Shown here piece after piece: positions 1 through 8,501 of a stretch of 64,000 nt of DNA. The notes under the pieces are model-generated. The model ran no database searches. It was given only the letters and a program-made list of their open reading frames with translations, and was not told the DNA's origin. Positions within the stretch are counted from its first letter, which is position 1. Every line of letters starts with the position of its first letter. The translations under genes and the position numbers were made by a program. Source of the DNA: a virus; IMG/VR virus record IMGVR_UViG_3300031715_000003, positions 30,225 to 94,224 of that record; one strand, 5' to 3'.

Positions 1-92
1 GGACAGCGCTCCGTCCGTCTTTTTCGTCCTGGTCTCTTCCGTAGGGAGGCCAGATACCGAGCGGCCTCGCTACGTTTTTGCTTTTTCGTCAT
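1..92 (-). CDS. Small basic protein (MTKKQKRSEAARYLASLRKR...), runs off window edge
   Basis: ATG at 92 with AAGGA SD, downstream of promoter at 103-136. Confidence 0.55.
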   Translation of the reverse strand, partial: MTKKQKRSEAARYLASLRKRPGRKRRTERC

Positions 93-102
93 CACGTTCC
101 TT

Positions 103-136
103 AGATAACATATCGCTTTTTTATCCGCTAGTCAAG
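103..136 (-). promoter_or_regulatory. Leftward sigma70-type promoter with shared spacer/operator
   Basis: Minus strand TTGACT-N17-TATGTT; spacer GCGGATAAAAAAGCG identical to promoter at 6102-6138. Confidence 0.7.
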
Positions 137-149
137 ATGGGATACGCTT

Positions 150-374
150 TTATTTTTTGTCCCCGACTGGCGTTTCTGGTTGCCACCATTGGATGCTCTG
201 GATGGAGTCGATCTGAAGTAGTCTCCGGGGATTGGTTCCGTTAAGAGCTTCTGAGATCAGCGTGCCCGCTGCTTCGAGTTCGCTAATGTACGAAATCGCC
301 TTTGCGTCCGATAGCGCATCGAAAGCCAAATAGATTCCGCGCATTTGGTCAACGCAAGTGGTGAAGATTTTCAT
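150..374 (-). CDS. Hypothetical protein
   Basis: MKIFTTCVD start overlaps upstream stop (ATGA). Confidence 0.6.
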   Translation of the reverse strand: MKIFTTCVDQMRGIYLAFDALSDAKAISYISELEAAGTLISEALNGTNPRRLLQIDSIQSIQWWQPETPVGDKK

Positions 375-625
375 TCCGTGCTCTTCTCGGGGAGAACCCT
401 TTCGGATCTCTTGTTCGTGCGGATCTTCTCCAGTGCGGCCATGGCGTATTCGGCACCCGCATGGAAGGCGTCGTTGAGGATATCGGCTTCGTGCTCTGCG
501 TCGTCCAGGGACTCGTAGGACGTGCTCCCGCAGATTCCATCGGGACGGCGCACCATCCATGACTTACCCGCGCCACAATGCTTGCATCCGGGTTTATCCA
601 CAACAACGGTATAGGGCTGTCTCAT
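371..625 (-). CDS. Hypothetical protein with CxxC
   Basis: MRQPYTVVV start coupled to upstream stop; GCKHC. Confidence 0.6.
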   Translation of the reverse strand: MRQPYTVVVDKPGCKHCGAGKSWMVRRPDGICGSTSYESLDDAEHEADILNDAFHAGAEYAMAALEKIRTNKRSERVLPEKSTE

Positions 626-1077
626 TTCATCGGACTCCTCTCCATCTGAATCTCGTTTCGTGCGGCGCAGAGCCGCGTGTACACGGGGAGTTCCGCGCCG
701 TCTCCGGGTTGGTACTCCCCGCAAATCTCCGTGAACAGCGCATCGCTTCCACTCAACCACTCGAGATGCTGGCGAATCTCTTGAAACCGTTCTCCCCAGC
801 TCGAAACAGCGTATTGCAGAACCCCGGTTGTGGGCTTGCGCTGGCGGGGAGAACGGGCCTGACGGACAACGGGCTCCCTCCAGCGCTTGCGCTTGGCATC
901 CCATACGGGCTCGGGGCGGATACTGGGGTCCAGGATGCTGGCCAGCCGCCAATCCGCAGTCCACCACTCGCGCGCCTTCTTGTCCCAACGGAAGCCAGCG
1001 GATTTGACTTGTGCGTTTTGAGACATCGATGCGCACGCCACGTAGCGTTCTCCCCGGTGGATTACGGGAATCATCAC
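622..1077 (-). CDS. Hypothetical protein, DUF5710-like motif
   Basis: QVKSAGFRWDKKAREWW motif; GTGA coupling. Confidence 0.6.
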   Translation of the reverse strand: MMIPVIHRGERYVACASMSQNAQVKSAGFRWDKKAREWWTADWRLASILDPSIRPEPVWDAKRKRWREPVVRQARSPRQRKPTTGVLQYAVSSWGERFQEIRQHLEWLSGSDALFTEICGEYQPGDGAELPVYTRLCAARNEIQMERSPMK

Positions 1078-1715
1078 CCGATTGTCAGGAGTGCGGGATT
1101 CAGTACGCCGCCGCTTTCGTTGGCCTTCTCTCCCTCTGTTCCGATCTGGGTCTTTAAGTTGTGCCAACGACGAAGGGCTTCCCCATGAATCCAACATTTT
1201 GCCAGCATTGCGACAGCGGCCCCGAACATAAATCCGGTGATACCCTCGTCGTCCGCAATGTGCGATGCGTCGTTCGCACAATTCTCCAAAGTGTCGCCGT
1301 TGGAGATTCTCGCTTCCATTAAGCGCGCCCATTTATCGGCGTAGCGAACCACTCCAGATCCGTAAGGATCGGTGTTTTTGGCGACCCAGGAAGCCCATAA
1401 TTCGGGATCGCGCAACGTCAACGTGCCCGGTGCTGTCAATAGCGCTCCTTTTAAAGCGGCATCCTTGCGGCGCTGGTCCTCCTCATACTGGCGCTGTTGC
1501 TCTGCGTATTCCGGCGAAGCCAACCATTTCTGGTGGCGTGTGTCGGACTCAGAGTCGTAAAAATTGACGATCTTGTCCACGGTATCACCGGGCCAAGCTG
1601 TCAGTTCTATATCATTGAATTTAGTGGTGACGGCGCTTTTGGACTCATCCGCAAGCGCGATTATGGCTTCGGCGCATTCGCGTATATGCTGGCCTGCCTT
1701 TGATTCGTAAGTCAT
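1074..1715 (-). CDS. Conserved phage hypothetical protein
   Basis: 213 aa, AAGGAG SD, DPYG...GITGFMFGAAV...CWIHGEALRRWHN. Confidence 0.8.
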   Translation of the reverse strand: MTYESKAGQHIRECAEAIIALADESKSAVTTKFNDIELTAWPGDTVDKIVNFYDSESDTRHQKWLASPEYAEQQRQYEEDQRRKDAALKGALLTAPGTLTLRDPELWASWVAKNTDPYGSGVVRYADKWARLMEARISNGDTLENCANDASHIADDEGITGFMFGAAVAMLAKCWIHGEALRRWHNLKTQIGTEGEKANESGGVLNPALLTIG

Positions 1716-1929
1716 TCAATTCTCCTTTTTTTCTGAGCAAATTCGCTCGCTAGTGGCGTCCCACAGGAGAGCCGTCTCCCCCGAGATTGGTCTCCCCCAA
1801 AGGAACGCCCTAAGCGCGAGAATCAGCCCTACTGTCCTCGCAAGCCTGTTGGCGGGTAGCACACGGCCATGAGCCGGCGCTCCACGCGGCGCCGGATGCG
1901 CCACACGCGGATCTTACGCAATATCCACT

Positions 1930-2343
1930 TCATAGTTTCCCTCCTTTCCGCAGGTTTAGTGCGAATCGAGCGCGCTTGCCGATTGCGCCGGGGAGTTTGG
2001 CCGCGGCGCGAAGTTTTCGTGCGGGGAGTTCGCTTCCGGCCGGAACTCCCAAATCGCGATGAAGCTGGCCCGGCGTCAACTTCGACGAAGCAACCTTGCG
2101 GAGCCACTCGCGCGCTACTTCGGACTCCTCGGAGCCGTCATCGTAACCGACTCGCCTGAAGACGTTCGCGCTTGCGAACCCACCGTACATGCGCGCATTC
2201 CACGCGGTGACTGCGGCCTTGGGTGTGGCCGCCACAATCATGGCGGGGCATCCCGAGCACCTGACTCCACCACAGGTCGCGACGCTGCGGATACGTTTGG
2301 CCTCACTGCCGCAAAACGGACACGGCAGAAGTTTGGTCTTCAT
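1930..2343 (-). CDS. Lar-like (restriction alleviation) Zn finger fused to paralog of small basic late protein
   Basis: LLPCPFCG...CSGC...AVTAWNAR; C-terminus 23/39 aa identical to 18702..18884. Confidence 0.75.
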   Translation of the reverse strand: MKTKLLPCPFCGSEAKRIRSVATCGGVRCSGCPAMIVAATPKAAVTAWNARMYGGFASANVFRRVGYDDGSEESEVAREWLRKVASSKLTPGQLHRDLGVPAGSELPARKLRAAAKLPGAIGKRARFALNLRKGGKL

Positions 2344-2567
2344 CGTTCTACCCTCCTTGCCGTGCGTTCCCGCCGGCGCGCAGCGGCGGCGTTCTCCGCG
2401 CCCAGCTTCCACAGTTGGTCATACGTTGCGGTGTAGGAATGCCTGGTTCCTTTGAGCCTGATGGTGATGTAGGTGGCGGCCAGCTCGATTACGATGGGTC
2501 GTATCTTGCCGCGCTCCCGCACCGATTGCAGCGTTTCGCGTTTGATGGGCTTGAGTGTGGTGGTCAT
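2340..2567 (-). CDS. Hypothetical protein
   Basis: Coupled ORF in operon. Confidence 0.65.
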   Translation of the reverse strand: MTTTLKPIKRETLQSVRERGKIRPIVIELAATYITIRLKGTRHSYTATYDQLWKLGAENAAAARRRERTARRVER

Positions 2568-2908
2568 CGCGCGCGCTCCCGTGGCTTCCAGTGCACGTCA
2601 TAGAACCAGAGCGACATCAGATAGGCGCAAGCAGCTTCCTTATGCTCATGTTGCGGCTGAAACGATCGCGCAATGGCTTGAACGTGGTTGAACGCCTTCA
2701 CTGTGTCGATCCCTACTTTAGGCGTGAACCTGACATCCTCTACTCCAAAGAAAAACATATCACTAAAGAAGCCATTCCAGAGCGTACGGCCGTGCTTGAA
2801 CTCCTCTGGGATGGCTTCGAAGGCAGGCATGAGCGAAAACACATCCGCTGGCCCGAAGGCCATATCCAGCCCGGTTACTTCGGTGGGAGCAGTGAAATCT
2901 GTCGTCAC
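2564..2908 (-). CDS. Conserved phage hypothetical protein
   Basis: DMAFG...RSFQPQHEHKEAACAYLMSLWF; GGAGG SD. Confidence 0.75.
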   Translation of the reverse strand: MTTDFTAPTEVTGLDMAFGPADVFSLMPAFEAIPEEFKHGRTLWNGFFSDMFFFGVEDVRFTPKVGIDTVKAFNHVQAIARSFQPQHEHKEAACAYLMSLWFYDVHWKPRERAR

Positions 2909-3423
2909 TTCGCAACCTCCTGCGGGAGTTCGCTTTCAGCCGATTCCGTTCTCCCCGTCAGCCAGAATTTATTGCCGTCTACAATTGCTTGGCAGATGAT
3001 GCGGAGTCGGTCGCGAGCGGATGCCGGGCGTTCTTCCTCGAATGGCCACGGATATCTCATAGGGCTCCATCCTTCGAAGATCGCCTCGACGCGCGTTCGG
3101 CTTGCTTTGTCTAGTGGTAGACGCGGAAGATAGATGTTGTCCTCAATGTAGAGGTATCCATTGGTGCGGAAATTGAGGTCAATTGCGTCCTCCCGAATGG
3201 CTTGGGCAACGAGAAATGCCCCGAGCGCGCAGACGTGGCACTCCACGCCCGACAATGCGAGCTGCTGAAGGTCGATAGGGCCATCGCCCTCCCATTGCTC
3301 AACCCGCACGTAACTTATTTCCGTGAGTTCGAGTTTTACCGGCCCCTTGTAGTCGTGGTCCAGGTATCGCAGCACGTCGGCTGCAAGCATTTCGATGGTC
3401 AGTGGTTGTTGTTCTTCGGACAT
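2905..3423 (-). CDS. Hypothetical protein
   Basis: Starts after leader element E1; CHVCALG motif. Confidence 0.7.
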   Translation of the reverse strand: MSEEQQPLTIEMLAADVLRYLDHDYKGPVKLELTEISYVRVEQWEGDGPIDLQQLALSGVECHVCALGAFLVAQAIREDAIDLNFRTNGYLYIEDNIYLPRLPLDKASRTRVEAIFEGWSPMRYPWPFEEERPASARDRLRIICQAIVDGNKFWLTGRTESAESELPQEVAK

Positions 3424-3432
3424 CAGTTGTTT

Positions 3433-3501
3433 GAGCCTCCTATTGCTCACCCGAGGGGAGCACGGTCGCGGGTGTGCTCCCCTTCGGCGCGCATCAGGAA
3501 A
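3433..3501 (-). promoter_or_regulatory. Structured 5' leader element E1
   Basis: TTTCCTGATGCGC-hairpin-TGAGCAATAGGAGGCTC before ATG. Confidence 0.8.
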
Positions 3502-3844
3502 CGTCTTTCACAACACGCAAAGCGACATCGTAAAGGCCAGGATTAGCGAAGTCTCCAAGATTGGCCTCGGATGAATGCTTGTTCGTCAGATGCATTCTGG
3601 CTTCCGAGACGTGCGCGTAAACTGCGCCGGAGCCTGGCCCTTCCCGCTCAATAGTCTTATCGCGCTGGTTGACCAGCATGTGAATCCAATACGATCCGTC
3701 GGTGCAGCGCTCAATATCGATCTCCCCGCCAGGGAACTTGACTCGGAAGCTGTCGTGTTCCGGCTTGCGCGGATTGCCCTCCAATTCGACACCAACGACG
3801 CTATCCCCAAAGGATTTGATTCTCAGGTGTTCGCCTGTTTTCAT
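3494..3844 (-). CDS. Hypothetical protein
   Basis: MKTGEHL after leader E2; stop lies inside E1. Confidence 0.7.
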   Translation of the reverse strand: MKTGEHLRIKSFGDSVVGVELEGNPRKPEHDSFRVKFPGGEIDIERCTDGSYWIHMLVNQRDKTIEREGPGSGAVYAHVSEARMHLTNKHSSEANLGDFANPGLYDVALRVVKDVS

Positions 3845-3851
3845 AGTTTGT

Positions 3852-3943
3852 GAGCCTCCTATTGCTCGATGGCCGCCGTCTCCGCGCGGAAAAGATAGGA
3901 GACTTGGGAATCTTGCCCCACGGCGGCCGTCGCGCACCAGGAA
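3852..3943 (-). promoter_or_regulatory. Structured 5' leader element E2
   Basis: TTCCTGGTGCGC-longer hairpin-GAGCAATAGGAGGCTC. Confidence 0.8.
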
Positions 3944-3971
3944 GCTGGCGCGCGCCCGCATTAGCCGGGTT

Positions 3972-4241
3972 TCATGCGATTATCCCGGCGAGTTTGTCGC
4001 GCAAGATGTCCAGGTGCAACTCGAACATCCGAACCGCTTCCTTGCGGGTCTTGAGGAGCCCAGGGCCGAACTTGCTGCGGTAGCTCCAAGTCCAGTGATA
4101 GCGGCCAACCTTGCGGATGGGATAGCCGTCGCTTCCAAAGTGGTCAACGTGCGTCAGGATGAAAGCCTCGTCCTCATCGAGCCGTCCGGCGCTGCGGGTG
4201 ACTAGTCCGCCGTAATCAGTAAAGGATTGGGGGGAGTTCAT
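3972..4241 (-). CDS. Hypothetical protein
   Basis: Coupled ORF, GAGGAG SD. Confidence 0.65.
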   Translation of the reverse strand: MNSPQSFTDYGGLVTRSAGRLDEDEAFILTHVDHFGSDGYPIRKVGRYHWTWSYRSKFGPGLLKTRKEAVRMFELHLDILRDKLAGIIA

Positions 4242-4474
4242 TGTCGGATCTCCTCTGTGCGGACGAAAGGGCCATTACCGAACTCCCTGATGTTGCGGTG
4301 GGCCTCGCACCTATTGGCGCGCGATAGTCCATCGGGTGATGGGATCACGCCCAGGCCGAGCAAGGCTTGGCGGGTACTTTCCGTTCTGGTGGTTATCAGG
4401 ACGTTGGTAGCGGGGTCTCCGCATTCGTGCCCATAGGTTCCGGGAGCGGCGAACTGGCATTTGGGGGAGTTCAT
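4238..4474 (-). CDS. Hypothetical Cys/His protein
   Basis: MNSPKCQ...HECGDPA...RCEAH. Confidence 0.65.
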   Translation of the reverse strand: MNSPKCQFAAPGTYGHECGDPATNVLITTRTESTRQALLGLGVIPSPDGLSRANRCEAHRNIREFGNGPFVRTEEIRQ

Positions 4475-4719
4475 TTCTGGCCCTCTTTCTGCGCCCAAGC
4501 GTTCTTTGCTCCCTTGGTGCTTTTGCTCTTGTAGCAGATGGCGCACGGCTTCAGCTCGTGCTGTTCAGCGTCTTTGCGATCGGCGTGGAGCACGTTCTTG
4601 GTTTTGCTCAGGTGCTCGCACTGAGAAGATGCGTGGTACGTCTTCCCATTGGGCGAGAAGTACACGGTTTCGGCCAGCAGCATCCCCGAAGCCAGAACGA
4701 AAGCGATGAGCTTATTCAT
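4471..4719 (-). CDS. Secreted small protein with Ada-like metal-binding motif
   Basis: Signal peptide; VYFSPNGKTYH...C...KPCAIC. Confidence 0.7.
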   Translation of the reverse strand: MNKLIAFVLASGMLLAETVYFSPNGKTYHASSQCEHLSKTKNVLHADRKDAEQHELKPCAICYKSKSTKGAKNAWAQKEGQK

Positions 4720-4889
4720 TAGCGTGCTCCCCCAATGACCGTCCCCTTAACCAGTGAGGCAATGTCATGGACAACGGACGTGCGCCAAATCCAGGCCAAG
4801 CCGATATTGTCGGTCCATTCATCTCCGTCCTCCCCGCAGCGGTAGTAATGGCCGTCCTCATTGACCACAAGGAAAAGATTGTGTTTCAT
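4719..4889 (-). CDS. Hypothetical 56-aa protein (not in ORF track)
   Basis: MKHNLFLVVNEDG after leader E3. Confidence 0.6.
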   Translation of the reverse strand: MKHNLFLVVNEDGHYYRCGEDGDEWTDNIGLAWIWRTSVVHDIASLVKGTVIGGAR

Positions 4890-4897
4890 GCTATTTT

Positions 4898-4958
4898 GAG
4901 CCTCCTATTGCTCATTGGGGGAGCACGTTAGCGGACTCCCCCAAGGCGCACCAGGAAA
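4898..4958 (-). promoter_or_regulatory. Structured 5' leader element E3
   Basis: TTTCCTGGTGCGC-hairpin-TGAGCAATAGGAGGCTC. Confidence 0.8.
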
Positions 4959-5047
4959 CAGGCTCCGAATCCCCACCGCTCGGAGCAACACGGTTCGCAC
5001 GTTCGCCTGCAGCCCGGAGACATCAGGTGCGAGCGATGTTGGGGTAA

Positions 5048-5335
5048 TCAGGCGCATTGAGCGTAATCCACGCCGCCGAGAGGCGTCATTTTGGCGCTCG
5101 CGCGCATCACGATCTCGCCGTCCTGGTATTCCTCTGCGGTTAGATGGACGACGATGGAGCGCTCACCGGAGTCCGCATAATCATATGAGTCAGCGAAATC
5201 CTCGAGCGCCTCAATGAGCGTGTCGCCCTCGGCCAGATCGTAGTAGTAGCCCATGACTTCATCGGCGATGCGGATCTCGCGCCCGGTGCCGGCTAGTTCG
5301 CTTTTATAGTTGTGCTGGTAAGTTCCGTTTGCCAT
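5048..5335 (-). CDS. Acidic hypothetical protein
   Basis: MANGTYQH, GAGG SD, D/E-rich. Confidence 0.65.
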   Translation of the reverse strand: MANGTYQHNYKSELAGTGREIRIADEVMGYYYDLAEGDTLIEALEDFADSYDYADSGERSIVVHLTAEEYQDGEIVMRASAKMTPLGGVDYAQCA

Positions 5336-5343
5336 ATTTCGCC

Positions 5344-5604
5344 TCAAAGCTGAACCAGAACGCGGTTAACGTCGTTCTCGAACGTGTAGACTTGGTCGCC
5401 GTTCTCCAGACCACCTTTCATGAGCGGTCCAGCCCATCCGAACTTCCGGCAGAGCGCGATGGCGGCTCCATCGTGGGCTTTGTCGGCGCTGTCGAACTGG
5501 CTGACCTTGACGGTGACGCGGTTCTTGGGATGGCCGGTTGTGGCGGAAACCGTTGATGGTTTGGTCACGTCGGCGCCGTGGTATCGGGTAATGATTGCTT
5601 TCAT
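5344..5604 (-). CDS. Conserved phage hypothetical protein
   Basis: MKAIITRYHG...AHDGAAIALCRKFGW; after leader E4. Confidence 0.75.
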   Translation of the reverse strand: MKAIITRYHGADVTKPSTVSATTGHPKNRVTVKVSQFDSADKAHDGAAIALCRKFGWAGPLMKGGLENGDQVYTFENDVNRVLVQL

Positions 5605-5611
5605 TTTGTGC

Positions 5612-5676
5612 GAGCCTCCTATTGCTCAGCCAGGGGAGAAGACCGAAAGCGTTCTCCCCTGAAGCGCACTAGGAAA
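5612..5676 (-). promoter_or_regulatory. Structured 5' leader element E4
   Basis: TTTCCTAGTGCGC-hairpin-TGAGCAATAGGAGGCTC. Confidence 0.8.
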
Positions 5677-6073
5677 CCACAGGGTCGGAGTTGAAGGACC
5701 AGCGCAGCTCGGTCACTTTGCCACGGACAAAACAACGGCCGTCCTGATGGCCTGAACGAGTGGAGCCGCAATTCAGGCATTTTTCCAGTTGCCGATCTCC
5801 CGACATGGCTTCTTGAGCTTCCATAGTCAGAACCAAATGCGTCACTCCAGGCAGTGCGATATCGGCCATTGGGCAGAACACCGAATAGCTGGCGGCGAGT
5901 TTCGTCCACCCGTCCGTTACGCTAGCGGCATCGGTGTATTCCACAAATGCATCCAGCCCATCTAACCGGATTCGCAGTTTCACCTTAAATCCGTTCTGGT
6001 CCGGAAGAATACCGTGGCCTAGCAGCCGTGCGCGACGGCTTGTGCCTTGCTCCACAAATTCCCTCAAGTTCAT
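5669..6073 (-). CDS. Hypothetical protein, first gene of leftward operon
   Basis: AATAGGAG SD in CAGGG/CCCTG hairpin; CLNC...H...C. Confidence 0.7.
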   Translation of the reverse strand: MNLREFVEQGTSRRARLLGHGILPDQNGFKVKLRIRLDGLDAFVEYTDAASVTDGWTKLAASYSVFCPMADIALPGVTHLVLTMEAQEAMSGDRQLEKCLNCGSTRSGHQDGRCFVRGKVTELRWSFNSDPVVS

Positions 6074-6101
6074 TGTTTCCAGGGCTCCTATTTCCCTGTG
6101 G

Positions 6102-6138
6102 AGATAAGATACCGCTTTTTTATCCGCAGTGTCAAGAT
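6102..6138 (-). promoter_or_regulatory. Leftward early promoter
   Basis: TTGACA-N18-TATCTT; near-duplicate of 103-136. Confidence 0.75.
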
Positions 6139-6205
6139 TTATTTTTGTTCTCCCCGCAAGTTTCAGAAAATGCTACCATAAAACCGAAAGCGTTCTCCCC
6201 TTAGT

Positions 6206-6820
6206 ATGTTGGTAGCACCAGAAAACGGGCGCATTCGAGGCAAGCGAGACATCCTCAGCAACCCAGAGCGGAAATTCGCGGATGCCATTGCTCAGGGCAA
6301 ATCGAAAGAGGACGCCCTCGCAGCCGCTGGCTACAGTTCCAAGTGCGGTAAATCCCAAGCCTGGAAACTCCTTTCGCGCAAGCGCGTGATCGACCGCATT
6401 GCGGAAACCAACATCGAAATTGCCCGCCAAGTGGCCGTCTACAGCGCGCGCTCCCTTAGCGAGATCCCAAACTTGGCTGAAGTCACCCTGAATAGAACCC
6501 GTATCGTGTCTTTCCTTGTGGTGGTGGCTCAGGAAGCAAGAAAAGCCGGGCAGTATGCATCAGCGATAACTGGAATGGTTCAAGCGGCTAAAGTTTCTGG
6601 CGCTTATGTTGAGCGAACAGAGCAAGCTGTTGAGTTTCAACTGCTTGAGAAGGCAGCGGCGGGCAACATGAGCGAGTTGACGGATGATCAGGTGGAGCGG
6701 ATGACGCGGGCGCTGGAAGTGATGGCGTGGGGCTCGGATAGAGCACGCATCGAAGCCGAAAGACGGAAACAAGGCATCATAGAAGCCAGCGCGGAAGCCG
6801 TTGAAACGAAAGATAGTTAG
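6206..6820 (+). CDS. terS: Terminase small subunit
   Basis: ERKFADAIAQG...AAAGYS...AWKLL HTH pattern of TerS N-termini; TGcTACCAT extended -10 upstream. Confidence 0.75.
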   Translation: MLVAPENGRIRGKRDILSNPERKFADAIAQGKSKEDALAAAGYSSKCGKSQAWKLLSRKRVIDRIAETNIEIARQVAVYSARSLSEIPNLAEVTLNRTRIVSFLVVVAQEARKAGQYASAITGMVQAAKVSGAYVERTEQAVEFQLLEKAAAGNMSELTDDQVERMTRALEVMAWGSDRARIEAERRKQGIIEASAEAVETKDS

Positions 6821-6864
6821 ATTTCCTACGAACAATTACCTTATTTCCTTGTATAATAGGCTGC

Positions 6865-7191
6865 ATGAGAAGCCATTTGTTACAAGAAACTCTGCCAGAG
6901 ATCAAGAAGCGCGGACGCCCACAGCGTATTGTTCGATGCGACTGTGGCGACCGAATGCCCTCGTTCGAGTTCCAGCACCACTATTCAGGCTGCGATGCGT
7001 TCTGGAAAAAGCACGGCGCCGTGGAGACGGATCAGGATATTTCGGTTCGTTGTTACGTGAAGCACGGAGTCAGCCTGATGAAGTGGTGCGAGGAGAACGT
7101 TGAAGGCTGGTCCAGCGCCTCATGGCAGGAGAAAGAGGAGGTTCTGGAAGCTGAGCACGCGCGGATCGATGAGATTCAGTTCTCGTTGTGA
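6865..7191 (+). CDS. Hypothetical protein
   Basis: TATAAT just upstream; CDC...H...C. Confidence 0.55.
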   Translation: MRSHLLQETLPEIKKRGRPQRIVRCDCGDRMPSFEFQHHYSGCDAFWKKHGAVETDQDISVRCYVKHGVSLMKWCEENVEGWSSASWQEKEEVLEAEHARIDEIQFSL

Positions 7192-7232
7192 GCCGGCTTG
7201 GATCGCGCGGCGGGCCTGGCTTCCGGCTTCGG

Positions 7233-7299
7233 CCCCTCCCTTCCTTCCCGACCACCCCACCCCACAGTACCCTCGCCCCCCCCACCCCCCACCCCCCCC
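7233..7299. repeat. C-tract cluster (G-quadruplex-forming potential on minus strand)
   Basis: Multiple C4-C8 runs in an intergenic gap. Confidence 0.8.
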
Positions 7300-7380
7300 T
7301 TCGATTTAATTCACCGATCAGCACGAAGTTGATTCTGGAAAGAAGGCCACCGGCCTAAGAATCAACGATATAAAATATAG

Positions 7381-7410
7381 TTGACACCGTGCTCAGTGCC
7401 GATGTAAACT
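7381..7410 (+). promoter_or_regulatory. Sigma70 promoter, probably leaderless transcript
   Basis: TTGACA-N18-TAAACT, ATG 7 nt after the -10. Confidence 0.7.
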
Positions 7411-7417
7411 TAACGCA

Positions 7418-7981
7418 ATGGAACGGAAGAGATATTGGGCGCATGTGGATGGAGCGGGGCAAGCGGGTACGGAGTTGATCACTTCAGGGTGGGGCGAATG
7501 GATGCCGGAGGCTGGCGACATCTTCACGATCGATGGAGTCTATGGAGTGAATCCTGATGGCGAAAGCTGGACAGGACGGCTCCAGTATTTTGCGATGCAG
7601 GAAAGTCCGAAGAAACTAGCCACTAATGGTAATGCGGTTTTGACCATCGCGCCCGCGATCATCCCAAGTGGGAAGTTCAGGACGGTAACGAACTCGCCGG
7701 CGAACGGGGCACGGATTCAACCGGTTGATCCTATACTCTTTGGAAGCGACCTCCCTAAGGGGAGAACGGTTTTGAAGACTAAGGAATTGAAGGAGTTAAG
7801 GAAAGCGCTGTCACAACAGCACGGGGCGATGGCCAAGATTGCTAGGTCGCTTGGGATCTCGAGGACGGCTGTATCGTTGGTGCTGAATGGGGTGAGCAAG
7901 AGCGAGAGGGTGTTGAAGGCTTGTAAGGCAGCGGTGAGGGGAGAACGCTTTGGAAACCAAGGTCCGCGGGTGGATAATTAA
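7418..7981 (+). CDS. Coat insertion-domain paralog fused to HTH domain
   Basis: N-half aligns with the phage's own coat (GDI...GVY.VNP...TG.LQ.F...TVTNSPANGA); C-half AKIARSLGISRTAVSLVLNG. Confidence 0.8.
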   Translation: MERKRYWAHVDGAGQAGTELITSGWGEWMPEAGDIFTIDGVYGVNPDGESWTGRLQYFAMQESPKKLATNGNAVLTIAPAIIPSGKFRTVTNSPANGARIQPVDPILFGSDLPKGRTVLKTKELKELRKALSQQHGAMAKIARSLGISRTAVSLVLNGVSKSERVLKACKAAVRGERFGNQGPRVDN

Positions 7982-8501
7982 GAACCGGTCGGATGGAACT
8001 GGATCGGCGAAGTTCAGTGAGTGCGAGCGCTATCGCTACACTCTGACCAGGAGTTTTGCGCCTGGGATAGTGATGCCGCGGCACGTGAACTTCATTATGC
8101 TGAACCCGTCGACCGCCGACCATAACCAGAACGATCCGACGGTGGAGCGGTGCGAGCGCCGGGCACGCGCTTGGAGATTTGACGGGCTGACGGTGACGAA
8201 TCTATTCGCGTGGAGGGCGACCGATCCGTCTGAACTACTCAAAGTGGCGGATCCCGTCGGGCCAGACAACGATTGGAATTTAGTGCACGAGGCCAAAATG
8301 GGAGCTGATTTAGTCGTATGCGGATGGGGCGGAAATAGCCGGTTCACACGCAACAGAGCCATCCATGTCGTTAGTCTCCTGTTGAATGCGGCCGTGCCGC
8401 TGACGTATTTGCGACTGTCGCAGAGGACTGGACAGCCTTGTCATCCTCTTTACTTGCCGTACTCCGAGTTGCCTAAAGTCTGGTGGGACGAGCGCGTCTA
8501 G
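7950..8501 (+). CDS. DUF1643 family protein
   Basis: RYRYTL, MLNPSTAD, DPT, NLFAWRATDP, GPDND, CGWG motifs. Confidence 0.9.
   Translation: METKVRGWIIKNRSDGTGSAKFSECERYRYTLTRSFAPGIVMPRHVNFIMLNPSTADHNQNDPTVERCERRARAWRFDGLTVTNLFAWRATDPSELLKVADPVGPDNDWNLVHEAKMGADLVVCGWGGNSRFTRNRAIHVVSLLLNAAVPLTYLRLSQRTGQPCHPLYLPYSELPKVWWDERV

Noticed and set aside
3433-5676. Integron attC sites
   Set aside because: No RYYYAAC/GTTRRRY cores and no integron integrase; the elements contain the SD, which fits an RNA-level role.
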